DNA of 63,855 nt, counting the filler, from Aduncisulcus paluster (lineage: Eukaryota), in NCBI GenBank assembly GCA_024181965.1. It is 10 parts of 10 records of this genome, joined end to end, with 100 filler letters (N's around TTAATTAATTAA, not from the genome) between each part and the next. Parts side by side here need not be neighbours in the genome. Positions count along the whole stretch, not along the records: positions 35,470 to 39,599 come from BQXS01011070.1; positions 39,700 to 44,543 come from BQXS01011071.1; positions 44,644 to 48,974 come from BQXS01011072.1; positions 49,075 to 53,913 come from BQXS01011073.1; 6 more parts are not named here. One strand, written 5' to 3'. The position numbers and the translations under genes are program-made. The first letter of the stretch is position 1. Every line of letters starts with the position of its first letter. Under the pieces are notes generated by a model. It saw only the letters and a program-made list of their open reading frames with translations. It had not been told where the DNA came from and searched no databases. This document shows, piece by piece, positions 36,215 through 49,684 of this stretch.

Positions 36215-37812
36215 ATGGAGGATAAATACCGCTATTTATCCACAAATATTGTATGTAACTTATATTATAGGCTTGTTATGTTATATTTATTTCAATATAC
36301 TAATAATTTGTTTAGTTATCATATTCGTCGATTGAATGTGCCGATAAGGGTGTTAAACAAACTATTTTAGATGATCTTTTGAGGACTGTATGTAATTTTA
36401 TTTTTAAACACATCGGAATTGGTGGACATCTTGCTGACGATAATCGATTAATTGCGAGAATAGGACTCAGACGCGTAAAAAAAAGAGATGAAGCTCTTAT
36501 GTCTGCCAAAGATGATGAAATCATTATTAAACCTGAAATTGTTAAATGGTTGATCCAACCACGCTCCGAATTTATCGCTGATATCCATTCGACAGTCGAA
36601 GATATTAACGAATCAATCGATTTAACTGAAATAGAGGAAGATGTTTTGTTTGGATCGAATTTAAAGGTTAAAAGTCGTCGAATCAGTGATACTTACGATC
36701 CTATTGATGATTTATATTATAAAGTTATTAAAAAACGAATGTTGGAACTTACAAAATACTATTCTGACTCTGTTGTTGCCAAATTGCGTGATACATTATC
36801 CCCAGCCGAGTTATCCTTCCCCTCTCCCGTTCCACCCCTTCCAACAATGCGAAGACGGATGTCGTATTATTGTGAACGAATATATACAGTGAACACAAGT
36901 AGAATTGGAATTCTCCTTGAAGATGAGTTGAAGAGGAGAATTGAACGAGGGTGTGATGATGAGAATGAACGCAGGATCACAAAACACACAGTTACTATTG
37001 TCACTTCCGTTCCTTCCAAAAAAGTACATAATTTGGGAGTTAAATTCCCTTCTTTCCGGCTTCCTCTTCACCCGTCCGTTATATCAACGTCAAGGCTTCA
37101 ACTTATCGAAAGTTATGGGGAACTTGATATCGAATTCCCTGTTTGCTCTCTCAGCGCCTGTATCAACGTTGAGCGAGAAGAGAAAGGAGAAGGGGCCAAA
37201 CGAGTCCTTCTTGATGGTCGATTCTTCTCTGCGGAATCTGTTATGAAACATAGTCCACGTTTCTTGAATGTTAGGACGCACATGGAACTCTCTCCAGAGG
37301 AAGCCGAAGAACACCAAGACGTTGATATTAAGTGTGATAAGGATACACTTTGGCGGAAAATGGAATTTAATCTCGGAAATATCTTCTTCATTCTTGAAGA
37401 AGGAAGAGCCTTTGATGATAATAATACTTCAATTGGAAGAAAAGCACAAAGACTTGCGGTGAGATATCTTTCCGATCAAATGAAGAGCATTAGACAGGAA
37501 GTAACGATAAAAGAAGCAGAACGTGCCAAATTAAAGGAGAAATATGATCGTTTGAAGGTGGAAATGGGTGCAATCAACACTCCATCCACTCTTCTTGAAT
37601 CTGAATCTGATCCCAGTGTTGGAAAGAAGCGACTTTCTGACCAACACTCACTTAAAGCACAAGAAAAACAGATTATTAATGACAAATTGGCACTTGATAA
37701 AGAGATTGACGCTTTACTGAAACGATTCAACGAGGAATGTGAAGTGTTCATTGGGAATTTACGCTCTCTAATCCGATATTGTTGTGCCTACGAAGAATTA
37801 TTTATATTTTAG
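36215..37812 (+). CDS. Hypothetical protein with C-terminal coiled coil; join(36215..36250,36316..37812)
   Basis: A 12-codon ATG exon splices in frame into the 477-codon ORF; no family recognised. Confidence 0.7.
36251..36315 (+). other. Spliceosomal intron (65 nt, GTATGT...TACTAAT...TTTAG)
   Basis: Canonical donor, branch-like TACTAAT at 36298-36304, phase-0 in-frame join. Confidence 0.8.
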
Positions 37813-38487
37813 AGTGTAATTCATATTATATTTTCTATATTACAAGTCTTAGCCGGTAATATTGCCGGTAATATTGTGATGGTTATCCCCACATTTTCAC
37901 TGAATTATATCAATTTGATAATGTTATTAAATAATATTTTAATATTAATATCTTTACAATAATATATATTTCAATTGTTCTGGAATTGAATGTCATTCTC
38001 TTGAGAATGTTACGATATCTTTTAATGAATACAATCTATTCCAATACTATTCTATAAAATCATTGGATTACAATGAGAGGAATAACTTTGTGGTAACAGA
38101 AAGATCGAGTTAATTATATCATATAATATCTTATGATAAGATAAGATCGGGCAGAACAAGAATCACCTTCCTTGAATTCAAATGGTTTATATTGAGTCAA
38201 TATAATATATATTGACATTGAGTTGCAGCTGACCATATTCAATGGATATTATCCATTGTTTCATTGTGTCAACCTGACACTGTCAACGCCGTTGTATCTT
38301 GAAGATCAGATATAAAGAAGATAAAGAAGTTTATTTAGGACCAAAAATATCTGCTGAAAAATAACTCAGTCAAAGGATTGATTTAATAAAATATTATCAA
38401 AGATGTGTATTTTAACATGTATTCGCACAATAAATAACATTTAATCGCTCTATCTTGATGAAATCGAGGAATTTTTCATTGCTCGAC

Positions 38488-39599
<1,112 letters not shown>

Positions 39600-39699
39600 N
39601 NNNNNNNNNNNNNNNNNNNNNNNNNNNNNNNNNNNNNNNNNNNTTAATTAATTAANNNNNNNNNNNNNNNNNNNNNNNNNNNNNNNNNNNNNNNNNNNN

Positions 39700-42009
39700 A
39701 GGGAAATGAGGCAGTGTTCTTGTTCCTTGGAAAATAAAAGACATACGTTGTCCCTCAACATTCTGTTGTCCGACTAATCCAGAAATCTGTCCAATGTTGA
39801 CAGTACTCCCCTTACTTCCGCTGGTAATCATAGCCTTGAAGTTGTTCTGAAGGGTCAGCCGGTTGTACATCTTCTTACCAACCTCAGTCATAACAGAGTT
39901 CAGAATCTGATTGGAATTGGTCTCAAAGGCTTGGACAAACGTTTCTCCGGGCCTGATCTCCAATTTTCCTGACGCAGCCTTTTTGTACTCGACGCGAGCC
40001 TTCTTAAACCCAGTCTCAATCTCTTCTTGGGTGAGCCTAACCACATCTTCGCTCATGATTGTATCCTTAAGGCCAACCGTAAATGAATGTTGGGCCATCC
40101 AACCGTTGATGAGACGTTGGCAGGAGTTTAAGAAACGTCTGCAAGCACGATGACCCATATCAGGGTCCTTCCAGATAAGATCGATTAGAGTTCCCCGAGA
40201 CTTGGCCTTCAATTGAGACTTCGTAAGGAATCCAGACACGAGTTCACCCTTGTAAAACATCACAGCTTCATCGTTGACGTCCATAATGTTCTTCTCGTAC
40301 GTATGAGACACTTCTGGCGGAATAATCAGAGAGAACAACTGTTTCCCTGTCCATAAAGCCTCGGGATATATGATTGATGGCTCTGGAATATTCCCATCCC
40401 AGTTTGAGAGCCACATAAGGAGATTAAGAAACTCCTCACGGTTGAAGAAGACGTCTTTCCTTGTCATCAATGTACATCCAAGGAGAACATCCTGCACGAT
40501 ACCAATAACAGGGGTATTTGATTGCGGGGACACAATTTGGTGAGGAACCAGCATAAGCTCCTTCACTTCAGCAATGGCCTCCAGAGATTGGGGGACATGA
40601 AGATTCATCTCATCTCCATCGAAATCGGCATTATAAGGAGATGTGACGGATAGATTCAGACGGAATGTACTGTATGGCATCACCCTAACTTTGTGACCCA
40701 TCAGAGACATCTTATGCAACGAAGGCTGACGGTTGAACATCACAAAATCACCGTCACGAAGATGTCTCTCAACAATATCTCCTTCCTTGAGATCAAAGTT
40801 CTTATCAATCTTCAAAGACCGCTCAATTCCATCACTCTTGACATACGTAGCACCTGGATGAAGACCAGGACCGTTCTTGACAGATTCTTGAAGCTCTTTC
40901 TTATTGAAGGATGTCACGGTGACGGGAATAGTCAACATCTTGGCAACACTGACAGGAACACCGACCTCATCAATGGAAATCGTAGGATCTCCAGTAATAA
41001 CGGAACGGGCACTAAAATCGACACGTTTTCCCATGAGGTTGCCTCGCAAACGCCCTTCCTTTCCTTTGAGTCGCTCAGCGATACTCTTCCGAATTGTTTG
41101 ATTGCTCCTAACTGATCTTACTTCAGTAGAAGTTGAAGAATTATTGAAATATGTTGTAACATGATGATATAGGTTTTTGTAGAGATCTTCCTGTCTTGTT
41201 TCATCTCCACTCGCCCGTTTAAGCTCTTGATTGGTGCTAATAATCTGTTTCAGCATGGCAGATAAATCATCGCTCTGCATACGATCATTTCCAGGAATTA
41301 AAACCTCGGGCCGAACACAGATCGGAGGCACTGGAAGAACGGTCAAAATCAACCACTCAGGCCGAGCATGCTTACTTTCGAATCCAAGACGGTATAGATT
41401 CATAGGATCAGCATGAGAGACTATTCTAAAGATCTCAAGCACATCCTTAGCACGGAGAATACGATTTTTGTACTCTTTTCCTTTGTCAGCATCAAAACTC
41501 ATTGTTATCAAACCGTTCTGAAATGTGAAGTTTTTGGCAAGAACACAACACGTTTTCTCAGAACCCGATTCTCCTGATCCCGATTTTCCAGATAATCCTT
41601 TACATTTCTTTGCACCAGATACTTTTACCAATGCTTTTAATCGAAGCATAGGATTGGCTATCTTATCAATCTCAGAAATTATTTCATCAGGCTTTGCCCT
41701 TTGGAATGCTCTTAATTTTCCACAAGAAGGACATACACATTTAAGGATGTCGATAACTTTGGATAAAAATAGTTTGTTAAATACGGGTTCCTCTAGTTCA
41801 ATATATCCAAAATGACCCGGACATTCTATATAATCTCCACCACAACTCGCGCAAGATCTTGCTTTTGAAGCTCCAAGCCTTGGATCAACCAAGGAATTAT
41901 CAATAGGGGAACCGGACGCATCATAGTTTTGAAAATTGGTGATTGAACAGACAGATATCTCTTTAATTTGAATTGGATCAACAAGACCGAAGTCTATTCT
42001 CTCGGCCAT
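39700..42009 (-). CDS. RPB1: RNA polymerase II largest subunit, N-terminal half
   Basis: CPGHFGYIEL, LKGKEGRLRGNLMGKRVDFSARSVI, FNRQPSLHKMSLMGH, YSTFRLNLSVTSPYNADFDGDEMNLHVPQS, GQQNVEG (Pol II-type motifs). Confidence 0.95.
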
Positions 42010-42503
42010 TTTGATTAATGGTTCCAAAAACGTTCTTTTAGGTTTTCCCCAAATTGATTAGAATAATCAGGCCATTCAATATGAGGATCGTAAAATTAAA
42101 TTGAAGAATAAATAATTTTATTTTTGTGGAGAAATAAAAAATGTAAATTAATCAAAATAAAAGAGATTTCTTAAATGAGATCCAAAAATTAACTAGAGGC
42201 CGTAAATTCGTTGTCAATCCCAAGCTGCTACAGGGAAAAAACATGAAGCAGGTGAATGAAATGACCGACGACCTACTAAAGCAAGGAAAGGAAAACTCGA
42301 TACACCACTTTCAGATTATGATGATATTTTTGGAAGAGATGAGAATGTCACCATTGAAGTACAGAAGAAAATCTTAATTTTCATTTTTATAAAATTCATA
42401 TCCAAATAATATTCTTTTACATCTTAAGTTGAACAATAATTTAGGACTGGATTTTTTTTCAGAGTGAAACAGTTTGACACTACTCTAACTATCAAACAAT
42501 AAT

Positions 42504-42902
42504 ATGATGATTATACCTCTCACATCTAATTTCCATCTTATTATTTTTGTTGTTCTTGCCTCGTTATTTTGTCTGGGGTTTTCTATGACCGCACAAGAAC
42601 GTAACACCTTTACCAAGTTCAGTCCATGGGAAAAACTTGAAGAAGATGGTTTTGTATTCGATCTTATGCCAGAAGTTGTCCGCCAATATAATCTTTCAGC
42701 ACCCTCGGATATGCCTAGAATTATCTCAATCACCCCCTATGAAAAGAGGACAAAAGATATAGGTCAAGATGAGGTAGTTATTAACCTTGAATGCACTATC
42801 CTAAAGCTTCCCGATATTAGTGAGACGGCATTGTTAACATTTCGTTATAACTATGAGGAGAAATCCATATCAAGAATAGCCATCATTCCCATTGATATGT
42901 AA
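42504..42902 (+). CDS. Small hypothetical protein with N-terminal signal peptide or TM segment
   Basis: 132-aa ATG ORF with hydrophobic LIIFVVLASLFCLGFS. Confidence 0.55.
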   Translation: MMIIPLTSNFHLIIFVVLASLFCLGFSMTAQERNTFTKFSPWEKLEEDGFVFDLMPEVVRQYNLSAPSDMPRIISITPYEKRTKDIGQDEVVINLECTILKLPDISETALLTFRYNYEEKSISRIAIIPIDM

Positions 42903-43200
42903 CCATTTGAATCATTGATGCATTAAAACAAATATTTTATTAGAAAGATTTGATTAGTGTTGGTCATGTAATAATTGGACTCGGCTCAATACCAAGATCA
43001 CACCCAAAACCGTACTGCCAATGATATTATTATTAAAGATCTATTTTACAATTGAATTTTATTTTAAACACCTTCAAACATCATTTATCTATCATGTCGT
43101 AGATCTATGGAATATGAATAGTTGAAACATGTCGATATCACAGGTCTCATTTCTCTTCAACCCTGAACTTCTATTTTATGATAATAAATATAATGGCATC

Positions 43201-44543
43201 TTAAAACCATATGTCTTTGCCGAGATCCTTTCCAAATCCATCATCATCAAATCCAAATCCAGAAAGATCATCTCCATTCGAAGGTTTTGACTTAGAATCA
43301 GGAATGGCTTTGGATTTCTCAGAAGACGAGGGTTCAACCTTCTTCTCTGTAGGTTTCTGAGCAATTGAGGCCGAAATAACCGAAGACATAACATCTCCAG
43401 AAGACATGAATAGACTTGAATATTCTGAACGAGTTTCTTCCCGTGGTTTTGGGTGTGAAGTCTCATCGAGTGTATGATAAGCACCTAATCTTTCCTTATT
43501 CTTTGCAGGAGAATGCTGGAATGGGGTTTTTAATACAGGATTGAGATCCTTATCCTCAACAGAACCTGATTTAGGTGGGAATGATTCACGATGGCGATCC
43601 TCTTTGAGATCTGAGAAAGAACCCCGTAAACCATTTCCTCTGGAATAGTCACTTCTGCCACTTCTCCCATTGCCTGGGTGAGAATGTTGTCTCCAGCCAC
43701 GCCTTCCTTCGCCACCACGATCCTTGAGGTTAACACGACCTGACATATCATGTGATCGACTCCGTGGCGCTCTATCTTGACTTGGCTCTGGTGTCTCTCT
43801 CTCTCTCTCTTGCAGCTCTCTCTCTTGAACCCCTTGGCGAATCATATCTTCCTCTCCTCGGTTGTGAACCACGATCACGATGTCCCGAATCATATCCACG
43901 CCGTCCATCACGACCCATTCCATCCCGTGGGCTCTCATATCCTCTCCTATTATCAGATCTGTGCTCATACGCTCTTCTGCCATCAGATCTTTCCCTCGGA
44001 CCCATCATCCGCTCTCTGACTCCTCCTCGACGTCCTTCACGATGTCCTTCACGATATTGAATTCCTCTCGAAGAATGTCCATCTCTCTCTCTCTCTCTCT
44101 CTTGCAGCTCTCTCTCTTGAACCCCTTGGCGAATCATATCTTCCTCTCCTCGGTTGTGAACCACGATCACGATGTCCCGAATCATATCCACGCCGTCCAT
44201 CACGACCCATTCCATCCCGTGGGCTCTCATATCCTCTCCTATTATCAGATCTGTGCTCATACGCTCTTCTGCCATCAGATCTTTCCCTCGGACCCATCAT
44301 CCGCTCTCTGACTCCTCCTCGACGTCCTTCACGATGTCCTTCACGATATTGAATTCCTCTCGAAGAATGTCCATCTCTCTCTCTTTCTCTCTCTTTTTCT
44401 GGGCTTTGAGTTTTTTGCGTTTCATCTTTTGGTCCCTGTAAGAGTCTCCACTTCCTCGTCACAATAACGCCAACAGAGCTTAGAGCAACTGAGGCTTTTG
44501 TATTTTTCTGGGCTTTGAGTTTTTTGCGTTTCATCTTTTGGTC
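43201..44543 (-). CDS. Arg/Gly/Asp/Glu-rich low-complexity protein C-terminus; frames broken at (GA)n tracts
   Basis: The RD/RG/RE-rich frame switches at each GA microsatellite and ends DDDGFGKDLGKDIWF. Confidence 0.55.
43794..44390. repeat. 292-bp tandem duplication bounded by (TC)n microsatellites; a 40-bp repeat also occurs at 44394-44433 and 44504-44543
   Basis: Identical translations at offsets 43983 and 44275. Confidence 0.9.
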
Positions 44544-44643
44544 NNNNNNNNNNNNNNNNNNNNNNNNNNNNNNNNNNNNNNNNNNNNTTAATTAATTAAN
44601 NNNNNNNNNNNNNNNNNNNNNNNNNNNNNNNNNNNNNNNNNNN

Positions 44644-45286
44644 TAGCCAATATGTTTTTGCCCCTGCTGATAGTCTTGTCCATAATAATGGAATAACAAC
44701 CAACCAACGCCTCTTTTCGATCCTTAATTAAAGACGTGCGGCCTATTCTGTGTGCTGAATCATAACTCGTTGATAGACATAATTTCAAAGCTCGTTTTGT
44801 CGACAGGTACCATTCGGCAATTTCTTCTTGCAGTTCTTCATCAAGGAACTTAATTAACGCTGGGATAGGAATACCTGAAAACATTGCTTTAGATACGCAC
44901 AAGTCTCTTAGAAACCGTCTCTTCATTGGCAGTTCTTTTTGCTCCTTATCATCATCTAAACACACATTTGTTCCGTGGACTTGACTGAGAATATGAGAAT
45001 AGAGTGATTTTTTCCCAGTCAGATCAGCATCACATGTCAAACAACGAATTTTAATTGGGATTTCCTCACTTATTATCCTAAAATGCTTTTCAATTTCATT
45101 TTTCATGATTTCAAAAATTTCTGATTTTTTTAGGGTATGGTCGATTTTTCTAATTTGTTTATATCTAACCCATATTATTTTTCCTTTATATTTCTCATCC
45201 AGAGATGGCTTTATAACATCAATAATTTCGGCTGTCATCAACACAGACTTGTCATTTTGTTTACTTGTTTTTTTGATTTGAATCAT
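44644..45286 (-). mobile_element. hAT-like (CGGBP1-related) DNA transposase, N-terminal part
   Basis: C2H2 finger CLTC...SHILSQVH, then FLRDLCV..MFSGIP and the first catalytic strand YSIIMD at the contig edge. Confidence 0.6.
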
Positions 45287-45420
45287 GGTTATACTTTTGA
45301 AAATATTAAGATATAATTTTAAAATATTACTTAATATAAAGTATAGGTTAAATTATTTATTGAAATACTCTTTTTTGAAGATGTGATTTTTTTCCGGAAT
45401 CTCTGCATTCAATATAAAAA

Positions 45421-45741
45421 TTATTTTATAAATATCTGGTCGAGATGTTTCTTTTTAATTCCTTCGACTATTACCTCGAGGGTCACAGATCCGATTGTTT
45501 CCTTCACAGATCCGTCGGCAAGTTCGAATGTTACGATATTGTCCGTATTTATGTCGGATCCTAATCGTTTTAATAATTTGTGCGAGATTGTGGATACTGA
45601 TGTTCCTGTATCCAGCAAACACTTGGAACTTTCTGAAATATTTGTTGAAGGGTCTCTAAGCTCAATCCTGGCCGTATAGTTCGAGGATCTTGTAGTAAAT
45701 GATTTTACAAAGTAAGGACGGACAGATTTACTCGAGTTCAC
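45421..45741 (-). mobile_element. Retroviral-type aspartic protease remnant (second element)
   Basis: CLLDTGTSVSTIS, FELADGS...IG.VTL. Confidence 0.75.
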
Positions 45742-45797
45742 AGGAGATTCCTTGCAAAAGCGAGCGAAATGCCCCCTCTTACAAGGTCTTTAATTTT

Positions 45798-47259
45798 TCA
45801 GTACGTACTGAGAGTAAAGTCAGCCCCCTCCTTCAACTCAATGTTCATGGGAGGTATCTTCTTTCCTCCTTCGACAGCAAATTTGCCTAACAGCACTGAC
45901 AAAACTTTCGTAAGTTCGTCCTGAAATTCACAACTAATGTGAACTTCATGGTAAGTGCATAATTCATCCTTCCTAATGAATCGCCGATGATCCAACTCTT
46001 CTAACTCCCAACTGACGTCTTCGATCGTCTTGTGCTGTAAGCTAGGGTGAGTCCTCATGTATCCAAATAAATCCAGTTCTTGGATTAGTGGGAAGCCTAC
46101 CACCAAATCATGAGATGATGCTGCTCTCATAGGCATCACGTAGGCTGAGAAGGCAAAGCACAAAGCCTTCCTCCCCGGTAACTCAGGAAACTCTGCCTTA
46201 AGTTTAACTTTCTTTTGCAGGTCCAAATTCGAACCATCCGCCAATTCCAATGATATTGGCACCGAACCACTCTTGATAGACTGATTTTGCTGCAATCTAT
46301 CAACCACCTTAAAACTAATAAAATTTTCTTCAGCTCCGGTATCCAAAAGAGTTTGTACAGAATGTTTAGCTTATAATTATCACACCATAGGAACGTTGTC
46401 AAACAAGGAGAAGCTGCTTTACTAGGAAGAGATGATGTGTTCTTAGTAATCACAGCCTTGGCAGACCTTCTTTTCCCGCCGGAGCCTTCATGGTCATGCT
46501 TCTTTCGTGGGCACTCCGAAGCAAAATGTCCCTTCTGTCCGCAGTTGAAACAGACAATTTCTTTCTTCCAGTCTGTATTAGTACGACGATCGGAGAACTT
46601 CTTACGCTCTTTTTCAAAGGATCTAGATGAAGAATCAGAATGCATTCCCTTTTTAGAGAAATGCTTAGATTGATTACGTGGTCTATCGGGCAAGACTTCA
46701 TAATGGGCGGCATCCTCGCGGGATTCCTTTACAATCAGAAGCTGGCTAAAGATGACACGAGTGAAGTTGGCCAAAGTAAACTCTTGTTTTTGAAGGGTTG
46801 CCTCCATTCGGGTCTTAAAGGCACGATGCTCGATTCCTCTTAGGAAATACTTACAGATAGTCTCTTCAGTGAGCACCTCATCTTTGTCAAGGCGACGTAG
46901 AGCAGAACGATATCTCTTAACGTAGCCGGCAATAGCGTCTTCAGTGACTCTTGTTAACTTGGTCTTATCAAGGATGTTAAGGACATCAAGGGCGGAAAAA
47001 TGTCCGAAGTAAGTTTCCACCGCCTCAATAAAGTCTCGGACTTAGCAATAGCCTCCTCATCAGGAAGATTCACTGGATTCGGCAGAGAAGATTCTACCAC
47101 ATCCTCATAAATGAGGCGAGTATCAGCATTCACAAGTGCGAAAAGAGGCGTTTTCCCACCGAGGGCACGGTAACTTTCAAAGTTTTGTCGGAAAGTTTCA
47201 AAGTGTCGTTGACCGAATTTAAATAAAAAAGGACGTTGTTTATCTATCAGTTTTTCCAT
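45798..47259 (-). mobile_element. Ty3/Gypsy-like LTR retrotransposon gag-protease, truncated before RT
   Basis: Gag (KYFLRGI), knuckle CFNCGQKGHFASEC, protease LLDTGAEENFIS...LELADGS...DLVVGFP, pre-RT PPMNIELKEGA. Frameshifts near 47025 and 46371. Confidence 0.88.
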
Positions 47260-48387
47260 AAAACACTGTAAATAATTATTTGATGTGTGGTGTTTGTATT
47301 TAAAAATAAATATCAAAACCAAGCAAGCAAGTTTAACTTACGACAAATTTACTAAGATGATTAAGAACAGAGATTGATTTGATCGGAATCAAATCAATTC
47401 CCGAAAGATTATAATATAAAATAAGATTTCATATTATAACAAAGATAGAATAAAATAATATAAAGGAATAATTGATAAATATTCTAAGGTTAAAAAGTTT
47501 GAAGCAGGTCACCACAGATGTGTTCTTAGAAAACACGGAACAAATTTACTCAATAAAGAAAAACACCGGTTGATGTCTAAAAATAGAATCTCTGAGAATG
47601 ATACTATCAAGGTAGTACCTTGGGATCATAACAAAGTGATAATTTGTAATGGCGAACGTTATGACGAGAAATCGATATATTAGACCATTGAAATCACTCT
47701 TAAAGCCAGAAATAATCATTAGAAGGTCGGAGTCACCAGCTTCAGTCGGACTGATCTAAAAAAATGGTACTGTGATTTGGAAATTAGGTACTGAGGTACT
47801 GAACTATTTTTAGGTATTTTTGAATAAATTATCAACATAATTGACGTTAATTTAAGACATTTATTTATTAAAATACAATAAAACTGAAGATTATTTTGTT
47901 TCACTCTTCATTCTTCTCCTGTATTGGTGATTTACCATTCCATAGTGGATTGGGGTATGGAAGGAGAGGTATAAATCAAACTTGACATGGGAAAATTGAA
48001 AGATAAGATTTAAATAATTGTAAAAAGTATTTTAAATTTAGCAGGAGGTTTAAGGAAGCAAGCGAACCACAACGAACATTCCACTCCGATCAGAGTGGGT
48101 TCACGTTCGGAATCCCACAGACTCACGCTTTGTTCACATTTAAACAAGCGTGAGCTGTACTTATGGCAAGACAAACAAGAAGACAGCATGATTCAGAACA
48201 GGAAGAAGCCGAACCAGAGGAACAAGAAGAAGAAGAGCAGGAAGAGCCAGAGGAAGCAGAAGTGGAACAGCCAGTCACAGCGGCATCGGTTAAGGAGCAG
48301 TCCTCGAAGAAGCCGTTGTTAAACCTTATCAGTTTGAGCTATAATAAATGTATATATGGAAACTGAAGAATACACTCATACACTGGA

Positions 48388-48974
48388 ATGGGGAGAACAT
48401 TCCATATAGAGAAAAACATCTTTCTACAGCTGCTCCAGATGGGGGAATCGATCTACAAAGCTACGGCTCTGAGAGGATTACTGGACAGAAAACGATCAGA
48501 AGTCAAATGGACAAGGCTGGGCGTAAAGCAAATGGTAGGACACCTGTTATTCTTAAGAAGAATCTTCCCATTCGCGGCAGTATTCACAAAAGGAATACTA
48601 GGGGAACTGAAAAGAGCAAGGTCAAATGGGAAGACAAGAGAAGAGATATCAGCAGAAGCCAGAAAGGATCTGAGCCTATGGGAGGAACTACTGAAAGACC
48701 CCAGAAGCATATGGCCAAAGAGGATAGCGGCAGGGACAGTGACAACAGATGCATCCCACGAGGGATATGGAGCAGTCATTCAAAGGCCAGGAAAGGGCGT
48801 AGAGAAATGGGCAGCAAAGGCATGCAAGGAGGAATTCGGTCACATCACAGCAGTAGAACTGCAAGCACTAGCAGAAGTACTAAAAGCAGGACTATTGGAA
48901 CCTGGGACATGGATTTGGGGAACAGACTGTGGAAGCAGGAAGAGCAGCAGTGAGAAAAGGGCCTGGTGCGTCAC
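48388..48974 (+). mobile_element. DIRS/Ngaro-like retroelement RT thumb and RNase H fragment
   Basis: QMVGHLLFL, ISAEARKDLSLWEELL, VTTDASHEGYGAV, HITAVELQALAEVL, WGTD: DIRS-type RNase H pattern. Strongly A/G-skewed strand. Confidence 0.7.
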
Positions 48975-49074
48975 NNNNNNNNNNNNNNNNNNNNNNNNNN
49001 NNNNNNNNNNNNNNNNNNTTAATTAATTAANNNNNNNNNNNNNNNNNNNNNNNNNNNNNNNNNNNNNNNNNNNN

Positions 49075-49684
49075 AGTTGAGGAAGAGCAATCCATTCGTG
49101 ATGCTTTTTCTGATGATAGTGAGCAAATTGAAGAGAAGAAGGAAGATATGATTGACAAAAGTGTCGAAGGTTCTGTTCAAGACAATCCTACAGAAACTCT
49201 GACTCAGAATGACGAAGATCAAAGAGACTGTACTATTCTTGAAGAACCCCTTTATTCCACCAAAGTAGAAGAATCCGTTGATACTTCTCCGATATATTCC
49301 ACCATTCAAAATGCTCAAACTACGTCTATTACCGATATTGAAGATAGGGAGTTTGATAGACAGTTGCGGCAACAACTTATTGCCACTGCCAATGCCATTG
49401 CTGAGAAAGAAGTGAGCGAGATGAAAGGAGAGCGGCTTGAAAGGGAGGTTAAGTATCTTCGGGAACAATTGACGGCTGTACAACAATCAAAAGAGGAAGA
49501 GCTTGAGAAATGTCATCAATATTACCGGACTGAGGCCTTAAAGATACAAAAGCTATATGAAGAGGAGTTTGCAAAGACAGAGATGCTCTTGCAACGTCTA
49601 GAGGAGGCCAATTCATGCTCTGAACATTGGAGAAGTCTCTATGAGCGTGCAATTGCTGAGGAGGAGGAGGAACAATGTGAGTAA
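49075..49684 (+). CDS. C-terminal fragment of an acidic coiled-coil protein
   Basis: Heptad-rich ORF ending in TAA at 49684. Confidence 0.55.

Noticed and set aside
42504-42902. Cystatin-like fold for the small secreted protein
   Set aside because: No QxVxG motif; size and signal peptide alone are insufficient.
46355-46385. Programmed -1 gag-pro frameshift
   Set aside because: No X XXY YYZ slippery heptamer is present, and the site matches the single-base homopolymer deletion pattern seen elsewhere.
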